From a virus, in the IMG/VR virus record IMGVR_UViG_3300011113_000491, positions 59,466 to 123,465 of that record: a DNA stretch of 64,000 bases. One strand, 5' to 3'. A model generated the notes under the pieces. It saw only the letters and a list, made by a program, of their open reading frames with translations. It was not told the origin of the DNA and did no database searches. The position numbers and the translations under genes are program-made. Positions 9,183-19,242 of the stretch are shown in pieces. Numbering within the stretch: the stretch's first letter is position 1; every line of letters begins with the position of its first letter.

Positions 9183-9566
9183 TCAGACGGCGTAGAGCCA
9201 GCGGTTCTGGCCACGCCACGTATTGGCGCCGTCGATGTACTGGGTGATGGCATTGCGGACCACGATCAGGAAGTCCACCATGTCGGTGTCGGGTTCCAGC
9301 ACATATTCGGCGATCACATTGCGATCAGCGCCGCTGCGGGTGACATACCAAATCTGGTAGGTCTTGCCACCGCGGAAGATCGTGCCGCTGCATTCGAGCC
9401 AGCCCCACACATACGAACCAGCGCCTTGCAGGCGCACGGCGTATTCCATGTTGCGGACTTCCTTCGGAGTGGCGTTGATCACGACGCGGTCGGCGCCGCG
9501 GATCAGACAGGGGCGAAAGCCCTCGCGGGGCGCGGAAATAAGAATGGTTTCAAGAGTCATCATCAT
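9183..9566 (-). CDS. Hypothetical early protein (leaderless)
   Basis: ATG 9566 lies 7 nt after the -10 box. Confidence 0.6.
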   Translation of the reverse strand: MMMTLETILISAPREGFRPCLIRGADRVVINATPKEVRNMEYAVRLQGAGSYVWGWLECSGTIFRGGKTYQIWYVTRSGADRNVIAEYVLEPDTDMVDFLIVVRNAITQYIDGANTWRGQNRWLYAV

Positions 9567-9573
9567 GGGGGTC

Positions 9574-9602
9574 ATTCTACAGACCCCCCTCCCCCGTGTC
9601 AA
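9574..9602 (-). promoter_or_regulatory. sigma70-type promoter
   Basis: TTGACA-17-TAGAAT. Confidence 0.75.
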
Positions 9603-9971
9603 GCCGGCATAACCCCAGTCGGCACAAGGACTTACGGCATTTATGGGGATTTTCCCCGCGTGATAGTAACCAGTTATCGGACGTACTTTCCCCTCACCGT
9701 TGTCTTTTTACATCAAACGGCAACAGTGCCCAATCAAACCGTGATAGTACATTCAGATACTTGGTGTCGATTTGACAGTCTCAAATACGCTGCACCAAAT
9801 GAAACAGGGACTGCCCCTTGGAGGCAGCCCCTGAAAGTATTCACGGCACTTGATCTTCTAGAGCCAAGGTTAGAGAGAGCGCCGGCGACACTATGTGCCG
9901 CTTTCCCATCGTCTAGCGTGGGCGGGATAATTTGGTATTGTCACCCCCTGTTAGCACCGCAGAGTAGGCAC

Positions 9972-10178
9972 TTACGCCAAGCGGATGCCGCCAGTGCGCC
10001 CACGGACAAACATCACACGGGCGCCGAAATGCGCGACCAGAGATCGGCGGACATCATCAGACTTCATGCCGTATTGTGCGGCAAGGTCCTTGAGAGTCAC
10101 GCGCTGGCCTCCATTGACGGCGGTTTCGAAGGCAGCGAAGTCGATCTTGGTGCTATTGGGATTCATGGTAGTGGTCAT
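9972..10178 (-). CDS. Small HTH-like protein
   Basis: VTLKDLAAQYGMKSDDVRRSL; GAAAGGA SD. Confidence 0.6.
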   Translation of the reverse strand: MTTTMNPNSTKIDFAAFETAVNGGQRVTLKDLAAQYGMKSDDVRRSLVAHFGARVMFVRGRTGGIRLA

Positions 10179-10202
10179 ATTGTTCCTTTCTTGAACACAC
10201 AT

Positions 10203-10231
10203 AGTATAGAACAGAGAGAGGTATAAGTCAA
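10203..10231 (-). promoter_or_regulatory. sigma70-type promoter
   Basis: TTGACT-17-TATACT. Confidence 0.75.
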
Positions 10232-10501
10232 GAGAGTAGCAGCGTATTTGTTGAAACGGCAGCACATTTCTGAGTGACTCAGTTTCCCTGGATCGGCATT
10301 AGAGATCTCACGGCATATCACAGCCTCATGGCAAAGTGCCTGTGAGAAGTGGTGGGCACTGGCTTAGACTGCTCAAACGGCAAAGCCTTCTCAACACCCC
10401 TCAAAGCCCCCTCTATTTTCCCTCATTTCGTCTACACGCCCCACACTCCCCCATCCATCAACACTCCTCCCCACCCCATTCAATATACCCTCTAGAAACA
10501 G

Positions 10502-10533
10502 AAAACCCCATTGGCGTGAAACCAATGGGGTTT
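10502..10533 (-). terminator. Intrinsic terminator
   Basis: AAAACCCCATTGG-loop-CCAATGGGGTTT. Confidence 0.75.
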
Positions 10534-10556
10534 GTATACGATTCTGTGCTGTGTGT

Positions 10557-12170
10557 TCAGTCCTGCTCGTAGTGTTCTGCTATACCTCTTTCTCTCTTTC
10601 GAGCCTGTGAAGCTGCGCGCCGGGCAGCAATGTAACCGGTTTCTGCCTCGGCCTTCAGACCTCGCTCCCTTCTGCTGACTCCGTATTCCTTGGTATTGGC
10701 GGCATCGATCTTGGAGTACATCAGACCTATAGCTTTAGTCGGCAACCCAAGGCGTTCGGCTGTTGTGTATCTTATGTCAGGAACCCCATCCGGGCCGATA
10801 ACATCGCGTTCGCGAGGCGTGAGTCCGCCGCGCCCAAAGCGCCGGCCGCGCCACCACTCATCGCGCTTTACCCTATATTGGTGATCTCTGGTGTCTGGCG
10901 TGCCTTGTTTCCTCGCTCTCGCCGCTGCCAAATCTACGAGGCTCGCTGGAATCCCTGCGGCGTGACCTTCCCGTGCAGTTCTTTGTGCAAGAGTCCCGGC
11001 GACTTTGGATCTGTCTAGTTTCTCATCTAGTCTCTGCTTGTAGTGGTCTTTCAAGGTCTCCTCTAGTCTACGGCGTGGCTTGAAGAATGGAGGTTTTTTC
11101 GCCGCTTCAGCACCAGGCGCGAGCTTCGGCACTTGTTGGGCCGATCTTGCTACATTCTGTAGTCCTTGATATGCTGACTGGACACTCGCAGAGGCTCGTT
11201 GCCCCTCCTCTTGTGCTTTGTGGAGGTCAAACTGACCTCCGACGCGGTCGCCCGCGTTGCTCACGGCGAGCGTGGTAGCGAGGCCAAGCGCCGCTACCGC
11301 TCTCGGCGATATGTGATGGCCGTGCAGCGTATCGGTATCGCGTGGATTCAATCCGGTTTTCCGGCCTCGGCCGTCCGTCCGTACATAGGGTACATACTCG
11401 TCCGCTTTCTTGTCGATGGCACCACTGATCCGACCGACCGCTGTTCTTATCTTGTCTGTTATTCTTCCTTCATTCATATGAGGATCTTTTAGTATCTTTG
11501 GTTTTGGTTTATGTGCTTCTAGACTCCGTTTGTACTTCTCTGAATCCTTTGGTCCGCTATGCACGGTTGGATCAAATGGCGGCTTCTTCGGACCGGTATG
11601 TACGGTTGGGTCTGGTTCACCCTTCTCTGGCATCTTCATCTCATTCATCATTTCTCGTAGTGTGTTCTCTAGACTCATTTCATCTCTCCTTTGTTTATTA
11701 TTTATACTTCTATCGATCTGTCGTAGTTCTTGCTTCTTGTCCATTGCTGCTTTGTTGACGACATTTGGTGTCAACAATCCACGACCCGTGAGTGCCATCG
11801 TACCAGCCAGAACCCCTGCGGCGATTCGTTCTAGTGATGCCCTGACTGCATCTGATCTCTTGAGTCGGGCGGACCTTTCTTGTCTGTAGGTTTGAAGCCA
11901 TTGCGTATCCCGTGGATTGCTGGTCTCTGTTTTCTTCCACCGACCGCGATGGCCTGGTGTTTCTGATCCATCAGGCATGATGCCTTTGATGATGGGGTTT
12001 GTGGTCTCTCCCCTTCTCCCACCAAACCTCTCGACCGTCTTATCCCAGGCTCTACCAAAGGCGCGTTTGTTTCTAGCAAACCTCATGTCTAGAATCGACT
12101 GTCGTTTTTGTGATCTCCGCAGAGAGTCTAGGATTCCTTCATTCAGTCTCTGCTTGTAGTGTTCTTTCAT
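10557..12170 (-). CDS. Large basic modular protein, probable processed head polyprotein
   Basis: MKEHYKQRLNE recurs internally as LKDHYKQRLDE; further LRE/MNE sites; tandem DPTVH(T/S)GPK. Confidence 0.65.
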   Translation of the reverse strand: MKEHYKQRLNEGILDSLRRSQKRQSILDMRFARNKRAFGRAWDKTVERFGGRRGETTNPIIKGIMPDGSETPGHRGRWKKTETSNPRDTQWLQTYRQERSARLKRSDAVRASLERIAAGVLAGTMALTGRGLLTPNVVNKAAMDKKQELRQIDRSINNKQRRDEMSLENTLREMMNEMKMPEKGEPDPTVHTGPKKPPFDPTVHSGPKDSEKYKRSLEAHKPKPKILKDPHMNEGRITDKIRTAVGRISGAIDKKADEYVPYVRTDGRGRKTGLNPRDTDTLHGHHISPRAVAALGLATTLAVSNAGDRVGGQFDLHKAQEEGQRASASVQSAYQGLQNVARSAQQVPKLAPGAEAAKKPPFFKPRRRLEETLKDHYKQRLDEKLDRSKVAGTLAQRTAREGHAAGIPASLVDLAAARARKQGTPDTRDHQYRVKRDEWWRGRRFGRGGLTPRERDVIGPDGVPDIRYTTAERLGLPTKAIGLMYSKIDAANTKEYGVSRRERGLKAEAETGYIAARRAASQARKRERGIAEHYEQD

Positions 12171-12241
12171 AGCAACAGCATTCTCCAGTCATATGTATGC
12201 CTGCGAACACACCGACGCGCGTGATAGTACAGCGTGGGTAC

Positions 12242-12268
12242 AAAGAAACCCCGCGCATGGCGGGGTTC
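12242..12268 (-). terminator. Intrinsic terminator
   Basis: AACCCCGC-GCATG-GCGGGGTT with an adjacent A-tract on the plus strand. Confidence 0.65.
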
Positions 12269-12300
12269 GTTGCGAGTTGAGATGTCATCCGATGGGCGTC

Positions 12301-12864
12301 CTAGTCCACCCGCAGGACTACGGATGGATCCATCCGCAGGGTCTGCATGAGCTCCGTGACAAGGAACCCGCCGGGCCCGAATCCCTTCTGTGCCTCATTC
12401 ACCGAGTCATACCACACTACTGCGTCGTTGATGATGAGCCATTGCCAGATGAATCGTCCTAGTTCTAGGGACGGCGTGATCGGTGAGCTAGGCTTCATAA
12501 TCAGGATCGGTTGTTCTGCCCCATAGCGTACAGGTACTCGGTCACACCCAGGCCGTGCCATGTACACGGAGTATGAGCTCGCGGCCGCAGAATCCGTTGG
12601 AACCCATGTCACGCATACACAGTTCTCCGGGATCAGGGAGAACTTATACAAACATGGGCGCGAGTTCCAACGAAACCAAAAGTTCCCGATTGAATCCGAA
12701 CCATACCCAGGCGGATTGAACATACTGGGGCGATTGCCGTTCAAACGAACTCCAGTCCAACGACACCCGAGCTTGTCCAGTCCAATCGACGCCAGCATCT
12801 TCGTGTCCCCCGCGACAACCGCATCCACGATCATCTCATCCGAGAACGATTCAAGTGAAGTCAC
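12301..12864 (-). CDS. Hypothetical protein
   Basis: GTG start overlapping upstream TGA; GGGAGG SD. Confidence 0.6.
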   Translation of the reverse strand: MTSLESFSDEMIVDAVVAGDTKMLASIGLDKLGCRWTGVRLNGNRPSMFNPPGYGSDSIGNFWFRWNSRPCLYKFSLIPENCVCVTWVPTDSAAASSYSVYMARPGCDRVPVRYGAEQPILIMKPSSPITPSLELGRFIWQWLIINDAVVWYDSVNEAQKGFGPGGFLVTELMQTLRMDPSVVLRVD

Positions 12865-13298
12865 ACCGAGCCTCCCATCGAACGGATGCGGGACTCAAGC
12901 ACGGCGACCTTGGACTCAAGGTCAGCGATCTTCTTGGTCATCGCATCCGCACTGGCCGCACAGGCGTTGGCAAACTTGGTTGCCGACTCCAAGTCCATGT
13001 TGAGCGAGTCCACACCGGCAAGCAGGGACAGGGCATCCTCGCCGTCTTGGAAGTACCCTGCCTTGCGAAGGACATCGATCTCCCCCTTGGCCTTCATCAT
13101 CTCGTTCAGGTTCTTGAGGTCGAGGCGGATGTCGGGACGAACGGTCTTGGCATCCACGGCATCGATCTCGTCGTTGAACACCTCGTCCAACGATTCCTCC
13201 GTGGGGAACAGGAGGAGGGCGCCTTCGTTGGGGGTGATGGTTTCGTAGGTCTGTCCGTCAGAGAACACGATGATTGCGATGGTTTCGTTGTTGGTCAT
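12861..13298 (-). CDS. Hypothetical protein with C-terminal coiled coil
   Basis: KKIADLESKVAVLESRI; AAGG SD. Confidence 0.65.
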   Translation of the reverse strand: MTNNETIAIIVFSDGQTYETITPNEGALLLFPTEESLDEVFNDEIDAVDAKTVRPDIRLDLKNLNEMMKAKGEIDVLRKAGYFQDGEDALSLLAGVDSLNMDLESATKFANACAASADAMTKKIADLESKVAVLESRIRSMGGSV

Positions 13299-13335
13299 GT
13301 TGTACCTTGTGTTGGGGGTGAAAGAGGAAGAAGAA

Positions 13336-14643
13336 TCAGGCGTTCATTGCGTAGTTCGACACACTCACCGAACTCGGCATCGGCGTGGTCGTGGGAGGAG
13401 GGCCAGGGATGAAGTGACCGTTACTCGCCACATTGCTGATGTACTGCGGATCGATGACGATGGTACGAGTCTCAAGCAACTTGGTCGCCTGCGTAGCCCG
13501 CTGGGACCACTCGACACGCGCAGTAGCAGAACTGTACACAATCGAAGCGTTCAGCAACCGAAGCGCCTTCTTGTAGTCAGAGTCCATCCTCATCTGCGGG
13601 CCACCGGTCTCACGCGGCCGGCGGTGTTCGCCTCGGCGCCGCATAGCAGGAAGCGCACACCCGTAGTTGTTGCGCGACGGGTTGCCGCACAGTTCCACCG
13701 AACGAACCTTGACGAGATCTCCGGGAACGCCAGACATCTGAATCTGTGGGATGAACACATGGACGCGAAGGCCGATGTCACCTGCGGCAGTCGCAGATGC
13801 GTACCTGCAACGCTCATCGTCCAGCGCCGAGTCCCCGGCGGTGAAGAAGCTCTGCTGAACACCAGCAAGCTCGCGCGTCACCAACACATGGGCGGTCATG
13901 CCCGATGCGTGTGCCAGTTCAGACTGATCGAAGCAGTAGGTCATTGCACTGGCGATCAGGAAGTCGTAGTTATGCACGAAACTGTCGGGGCACATGACCT
14001 TGGACCAGTCCTTCTCGGTGAAGTCGTTGGGCAGGGCCTCAAGTTCCCTACGGTTGGGATTCAGTTCAAAGTCGATGACCTGGAGGTTGTTGAGACTGCG
14101 GATCACACTGCTCATGTCCGCGCGAAGGCCAGGAGTCCACGACCAACGACCGTGTGCCGGAGCGAGGTTCCATCGTGCGCCGATGGACTTGAAGTAGTTG
14201 TTCATTTCCTCGTCGTACCCACAGGTCTTGAGCACCAAGGTGGGCATTCCCTCCTGCGGAAACCGATTCAACTCGCTCCAGGCGGTGTAGTCGTTGACGA
14301 CGATGCCGCTCACGAGGCCGTCATTGTACAGAGACATCTGCACATCCTTGGCGAGCTTGTCCCACTTGGAACGGAGGATGACGAAGGTTCCGAGTTCTTC
14401 CATGAACGATGCACCATGAGCCTTCACGCGCTCACGCAGCTTCTTTGACTCGCGGGTGCGGAAGGGGACATGGATCGTGACGGCGACCGGACGCTCGTAG
14501 AACTTCCTTTCGGAGATGGGCTTGTCCGAGTCGCTGATGGCGAGGTTGAGTGCTTCCAGGCCTGCAACGCTTCCATGAACTGAAGCGGCAACGCCGAGGG
14601 TTTGGTAGACTGACGAGAGTTCGATTTGATTGAAGATGACCAT
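13336..14643 (-). CDS. Hypothetical protein
   Basis: 435-aa ORF co-oriented with the operon; GC-ending codons. Confidence 0.65.
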   Translation of the reverse strand: MVIFNQIELSSVYQTLGVAASVHGSVAGLEALNLAISDSDKPISERKFYERPVAVTIHVPFRTRESKKLRERVKAHGASFMEELGTFVILRSKWDKLAKDVQMSLYNDGLVSGIVVNDYTAWSELNRFPQEGMPTLVLKTCGYDEEMNNYFKSIGARWNLAPAHGRWSWTPGLRADMSSVIRSLNNLQVIDFELNPNRRELEALPNDFTEKDWSKVMCPDSFVHNYDFLIASAMTYCFDQSELAHASGMTAHVLVTRELAGVQQSFFTAGDSALDDERCRYASATAAGDIGLRVHVFIPQIQMSGVPGDLVKVRSVELCGNPSRNNYGCALPAMRRRGEHRRPRETGGPQMRMDSDYKKALRLLNASIVYSSATARVEWSQRATQATKLLETRTIVIDPQYISNVASNGHFIPGPPPTTTPMPSSVSVSNYAMNA

Positions 14644-14733
14644 GAGATGATTCCTGAAAGAGTGCGGACGATTGAAACGGGAAAGGTGAGTAACGGCGTT
14701 AGCCGATACCCACCGAGTAGGAGGTGTGATGGA

Positions 14734-15201
14734 TCAGAGGCCGGACAGGGCGCCGGGGCCGGACAACTTGGCAAGGCGGCGGAGGAAGTCGGCCTTACGC
14801 TTGCCCTTGAGCAGCACTGCCACGCTGACATAGTTGCTGCCCTGCTGACCCTGCTCCGTGTAATCCACGGCAGCGTCACCGCGCGTAGCGAAGATGCCGC
14901 GGAAGGTGGGCATCTTGTTCATCTGCTTGCGGAGTTCGCGGATGAAACGCTCGTCCGTGTAGATGAGCCCGTGACGCTGAATGTCCCAGTCCTTCTTGGT
15001 GAAGTACACGCGGAAGGCGACATACAGATCGTCGTTGTGGTAGTCGGCAAGGAGCTCCCCATCGTTCGGGAAGATGTAGTCCAGTTCGATGCGACGGATG
15101 GTGATGGTGCGGATCGACTCCGACCACAACCCCTTGCCGTCGGTCGTGCAGACGATGGGGGTCTTGAGAGGGAACGAGATACGAGTAGTAGTGTTGGTCA
15201 T
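14734..15201 (-). CDS. Hypothetical phage protein
   Basis: LIYTD..F..EL and VDYTEQGQQG..YVS, a pattern I recall from phage hypotheticals. Confidence 0.65.
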   Translation of the reverse strand: MTNTTTRISFPLKTPIVCTTDGKGLWSESIRTITIRRIELDYIFPNDGELLADYHNDDLYVAFRVYFTKKDWDIQRHGLIYTDERFIRELRKQMNKMPTFRGIFATRGDAAVDYTEQGQQGSNYVSVAVLLKGKRKADFLRRLAKLSGPGALSGL

Positions 15202-15249
15202 GTTACTGATGATCCTTGTGTTGAGTGTGCGAGAGAAAGAAACGAACGA

Positions 15250-16458
15250 TCAGAACGGCGCCTTGGTGCGATCAACCGGGGCGGCCGCCGGAGCCGGAGT
15301 GGGTTCCGGTTCCACGATCTTGGACCACGCGGAGTAGAACGATTCCTGCGTGGACTGATCGAAGCGGGCGAGTGAGAGGCGGATCGCCTTGTCCTTGTCA
15401 CCGAACACCGAGAACGCCTTGACGATGTTGAGCAGACGACGGGTCGAAACCACCTCATCGCAGGCACCTTCCTTGAAGGTGGCGCGGAGCATATCCGCCC
15501 ACTTGCACAGGTAACCCGCGAAGTCCTCATCGACCTTGCCGTACTTCTTCATGGCACGGACGAGGATGCGCTTCTCGGTCGCCACAGGGGCGTAGTCCTG
15601 CTCGTAGGTGTAGTCGAAGCGGTCGAGCATTGCCTCGTTCATCACGCGAGTACCGACGAAGCGGCCGTCATCGCTACCCTTGCCCTTGGTGTTGGCGGTG
15701 GCGAAGATGGTGAACCCGGTAGCGGGCGAAACCCATTGGTTGATCTTCTTGAGGAACACACCCTTACCCTCAAGCACCGACTGGAGGCACATGAGCTTGT
15801 CGCTGCCGAGGTCGATCTCGTCAAGGAGCAGCACGGCACCACGCTTCATCGCGGACACGACAGCACCATCGTGCCACACCATGTCGCCGTTGACGAGGCG
15901 GAAACCACCGAACAGATCATCCTCATCGGTCTCCGCAACGATGTTGACACGGAAGCACTCGCGTCCGAGCTTCGCGCAGACCTGTTCGATCATCGTTGTC
16001 TTGCCGTTGCCGGACAGACCCGTGACGAACACAGGCGAGAAGATGTTCGCCTTGATGATCGTGGAGATGTCATCGAAGTGACCCCACGGGACATACTCGG
16101 CGTTCGTGGGCGGGATCAGAGTGGCGCGATCACCACCGGTCATGCCCAGGACCTCGGCGTTGAACACCGCAGGGGCGGCCGCGGCGATCTTGACACTCGG
16201 CGCCGGAGCGGCAACCGGAGCAACCGGAGCAGCAGCAGGCGTCGCCTTGGTCGTCGTCGCCGGAGCGTTGACGATCTCGGGGACATGGAACAGGCCACGA
16301 CCGGCGTGGCGAGCGGGATCCTTGACGATCCACGCGGGCGGGAAGTTGTTGCCCACCAGCTGTGCAGCCTGGAGGAGCTGCTGGCGCGTCACGGGAGTGG
16401 CGCGCGTAATGGTGGCGAGGGCGGTGAAGTACGCGGTCTGCTTGGTAGTATTAGGCAT
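15250..16458 (-). CDS. MoxR-family AAA+ ATPase (CobS-like of T4-like phages)
   Basis: GLSGNGKT Walker A, LLLDEID Walker B, ATANTKGKG, NEAMLDRF, STRRL; ATG 16458 after its promoter. Confidence 0.9.
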   Translation of the reverse strand: MPNTTKQTAYFTALATITRATPVTRQQLLQAAQLVGNNFPPAWIVKDPARHAGRGLFHVPEIVNAPATTTKATPAAAPVAPVAAPAPSVKIAAAAPAVFNAEVLGMTGGDRATLIPPTNAEYVPWGHFDDISTIIKANIFSPVFVTGLSGNGKTTMIEQVCAKLGRECFRVNIVAETDEDDLFGGFRLVNGDMVWHDGAVVSAMKRGAVLLLDEIDLGSDKLMCLQSVLEGKGVFLKKINQWVSPATGFTIFATANTKGKGSDDGRFVGTRVMNEAMLDRFDYTYEQDYAPVATEKRILVRAMKKYGKVDEDFAGYLCKWADMLRATFKEGACDEVVSTRRLLNIVKAFSVFGDKDKAIRLSLARFDQSTQESFYSAWSKIVEPEPTPAPAAAPVDRTKAPF

Positions 16459-16465
16459 ACCGTCC

Positions 16466-16767
16466 AGGCTACCAGCTTCTGGTCCACGGCACAAGCCAGG
16501 AAATGGAAATATTTCTAAGTCCTTGTCCCATAAGGACTTACATAAACCCTTGTAAATAAAGGACTTATGGGGGGTATTATCGGACGCCGTTCCCTACTGC
16601 CGGGGGCGGGGGCCCATATTATCGGACATCCACCAGAGAGGAGGGGGCGTCCGATAAGCGTGATAGTATCCAGTTATGGGACTTTCGGTCGTAAGTCCTT
16701 ATGCCACAACGATTTACGATAAATCTAGGGTTTCCCTATTGCGCGGGGACCCCCGATATGGTAGCCT
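16466..16767. promoter_or_regulatory. Divergent promoter pair with operator-like repeats
   Basis: Minus: TTGTGC-17-TAGCCT-7-ATG; plus: TTGCGC-17-TAGCCT-7-ATG; three TAAGTCCTT-N7-AAGGACTTA-type palindromes; three TTATCGGAC. Confidence 0.75.
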
Positions 16768-16774
16768 GTCCGGT

Positions 16775-19228
16775 ATGCTTACTGCCAGTACTACGCCCGT
16801 CGTTCAAACCATTCGCCATACTTCAAAGGATCTGCTTGCGCGTATCCTCGCCACGGAGAATCTGACCGTGCGCCACGATCCCTCCGCGCAGACCGCCAGC
16901 ATGGATGTCGTCAATCGCGTTCTCACGCTCCCCGTGTGGACTGACATGACCAACGAGGTCTACGATATGCTGATCGGTCACGAGGTCGGCCATGCCCTGT
17001 TCACTCCGCACACGGAAGCAGACAAGCGCGTGTCTGGCCCGTGGTGTGCCGCTGCCGAGGAGATCGCTGGTATCAACCAAGAAACTCCGAGGTGCCAGAT
17101 GCTCCTCAACATCGTGGAGGACGCCCGCATCGAACGCATGATGAAGCAGAAGTTCCCCGGTATGCGCCGCGACTTCTTCAAGGCCTACGAGTACATGAAG
17201 GCCAATGACTTCTTCGGCATCAACGCCAAGACCGCGGATGAACTGAACGCTCTGCGTTTCGCTGACCGCATCAACCTGCACTACAAGCTCGGCACCATCG
17301 GTGATACGGGTATCTACTTCAGCGACACCGAGCGCGAGTACCTCAAGCGCATCGATGCCGCCAAGACCTTCGATGACATCAAGGACATCGTGCGCGACCT
17401 GTGGAACACCAAGGCGTACAACGAACCGGGCCAGAAGCAGGATGCCGGCGACGGTACTGGTGACGGCGACATCGGTGACATGGACAACGACGGCAACGAC
17501 GCTGGCCAGCAGCAGCAGGGCAAGTCCAACAGCGGACAGACCAACAGCGGCCAGTCGCCCAGTAAGGGCAACGATTCGCAACCGGGTCAGGATCAGTCCA
17601 ATGGTGCATCGCAGCAGCAGGGCGACCAGAAGTCCAACCAGTCCGGTGCCGGTCGTCACGGCGACCACAGTTCTGTTGCGGGTTCGACGCAGCAGGCGAT
17701 GCAGGATCACCTGTCGTCGCGTACCAAGACCAGCGGAAGCTACCAGTACATGACTCTGCCCGAGCCTGATCTGTCCAAGATCATCATGGGTTGGCGCGAC
17801 ATCGCCAAGGAGTTCGTGCAGTTCGACTCCAAGGTTTCGGGTGCCTACGATATGCCCGCGATCCGTCGCGTGGCGACCGAGATGTCGAGCAAGTTCATGT
17901 CGGACAGCAAGCCCATCGTGTCGCTCATGGTGAAGGAGTTTGAGATGCGTAAGGCCGCCGATGCGTCGGCGCGTGTTCGTGTCGCCACCACCGGCGTCCT
18001 CGACGGCGTGCGTGTCTGTAACTACCGGATCACCGACGACATCTTCCGTCGTCACGCGACCGTGCAGGCTGGCAAGAACCACGGGTTCGTCATCTTCATC
18101 GACTGGTCGGGTTCCATGTCGCCCGTGATCGGGCCCGTGTTCAACCAGGCGCTTCAGGTGATGATGTTCTGCCGTCGCGTCGGTATCCCGTTCGATGTGT
18201 ATGCGTTCAGCAGCGCGACTGCTCCGGGCGTCGAGCGTCGTGACCAGTGGAAGACTACTGATGGCAACAACATCATGTTCAACAGTTTCATGCTCATGCA
18301 CCTGTTCTCATCGTCCATGTCGTCGGCAGCGTTCAACAACCAGGTCGCCCTCATGTGGAGCGTTGCCCATCAGCGCGGTCTTTCGACCGAGTGTGAGCGT
18401 CGCGGTATGCGTATCGGTTGGAGTGCGCCGATTCCTGACTTCATGCACATGGGTTCGACTCCGCTTGACGAGTCCATCGCCTGTGCAATGAAGATCGTGC
18501 CGGAGTTCCGCACCCGCAATCGTGTGCAGATCGTCAACACGGTGTTCCTCACCGACGGCGCTACTACGAGTCCGTGGGGTGGTGGCAACGCATACGATTC
18601 AATCTGCGGAGACAAGGCGACGAGCAACATGGAGTTCCTGACCGTCGGTCACAAGAACTACGCCGCTGCACCGTCATCGACTGCCGCAATGCTGCGCGCG
18701 CTGCGTGACCAGTGCGATACTCGCGTGATCGGGTTCTTCCTTGTCGAAGCACCCAACAAGGTGTATGCCGAAGGCAAGTTCTCGCCTGCCAAGCCCAATC
18801 GCTACAGCGGCGACATCGACTCGTCGTACTCGTATGTCGATGCCACGGGCCGCGAGTGTCCGTCCAAGGTTGGTTACTTGACGCAGGGTCTCATTCCACT
18901 CGACCGTCCCGCGATCAAGTCGCATTGGAACTCCCGTCCGATTCTGTCTGCGGATGACTGCAAGCGGGCCAATGAAGAGGTCGCCCGGTTCGCAGAGGAG
19001 GACTACTGCATCGCCGTGCCGACTTCGTTCGTCGGTGCCGGGTACGACGAGATGTACATGATCCGTGCCGGTCTCGATGTTGACAACACGGATCACCTCG
19101 GTGCGCTCAACGCCAACACCGCCACGGTGGCACAGGTGAAGCGCGCCCTGCTCAAGTCCGCCCGTGGCAAGCTCAAGTCCCGTAAGATGTTCACCCGTTT
19201 CGTTTCCCTCATCTCGACCCAGGCCTAA
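16775..19228 (+). CDS. Metallopeptidase-like plus VWA domain protein (CobT-like MoxR partner)
   Basis: HEVGH, NIVEDARIE, Q/S/G/D-rich linker, DWSGS MIDAS, GSTPL, LTDG. Confidence 0.88.
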   Translation: MLTASTTPVVQTIRHTSKDLLARILATENLTVRHDPSAQTASMDVVNRVLTLPVWTDMTNEVYDMLIGHEVGHALFTPHTEADKRVSGPWCAAAEEIAGINQETPRCQMLLNIVEDARIERMMKQKFPGMRRDFFKAYEYMKANDFFGINAKTADELNALRFADRINLHYKLGTIGDTGIYFSDTEREYLKRIDAAKTFDDIKDIVRDLWNTKAYNEPGQKQDAGDGTGDGDIGDMDNDGNDAGQQQQGKSNSGQTNSGQSPSKGNDSQPGQDQSNGASQQQGDQKSNQSGAGRHGDHSSVAGSTQQAMQDHLSSRTKTSGSYQYMTLPEPDLSKIIMGWRDIAKEFVQFDSKVSGAYDMPAIRRVATEMSSKFMSDSKPIVSLMVKEFEMRKAADASARVRVATTGVLDGVRVCNYRITDDIFRRHATVQAGKNHGFVIFIDWSGSMSPVIGPVFNQALQVMMFCRRVGIPFDVYAFSSATAPGVERRDQWKTTDGNNIMFNSFMLMHLFSSSMSSAAFNNQVALMWSVAHQRGLSTECERRGMRIGWSAPIPDFMHMGSTPLDESIACAMKIVPEFRTRNRVQIVNTVFLTDGATTSPWGGGNAYDSICGDKATSNMEFLTVGHKNYAAAPSSTAAMLRALRDQCDTRVIGFFLVEAPNKVYAEGKFSPAKPNRYSGDIDSSYSYVDATGRECPSKVGYLTQGLIPLDRPAIKSHWNSRPILSADDCKRANEEVARFAEEDYCIAVPTSFVGAGYDEMYMIRAGLDVDNTDHLGALNANTATVAQVKRALLKSARGKLKSRKMFTRFVSLISTQA

Positions 19229-19242
19229 TAGGAGAACCTACA

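Noticed and set aside
9426-10226. 266-aa plus-strand ORF
   Set aside because: Crosses promoters, repeats and two better-supported minus-strand genes; no recognisable motif
8214-18301. Long antisense ORFs in the GC-rich region (8214-9173, 13270-14448, 15736-16518, 16823-18301)
   Set aside because: They mirror motif-bearing genes on the other strand; high GC3 removes antisense stops
15250-19228. Cobalamin biosynthesis (cobS/cobT) linked to the B12-dependent NrdJ
   Set aside because: Phage CobS-like proteins are generic MoxR ATPases; no cobN or other cob genes are present
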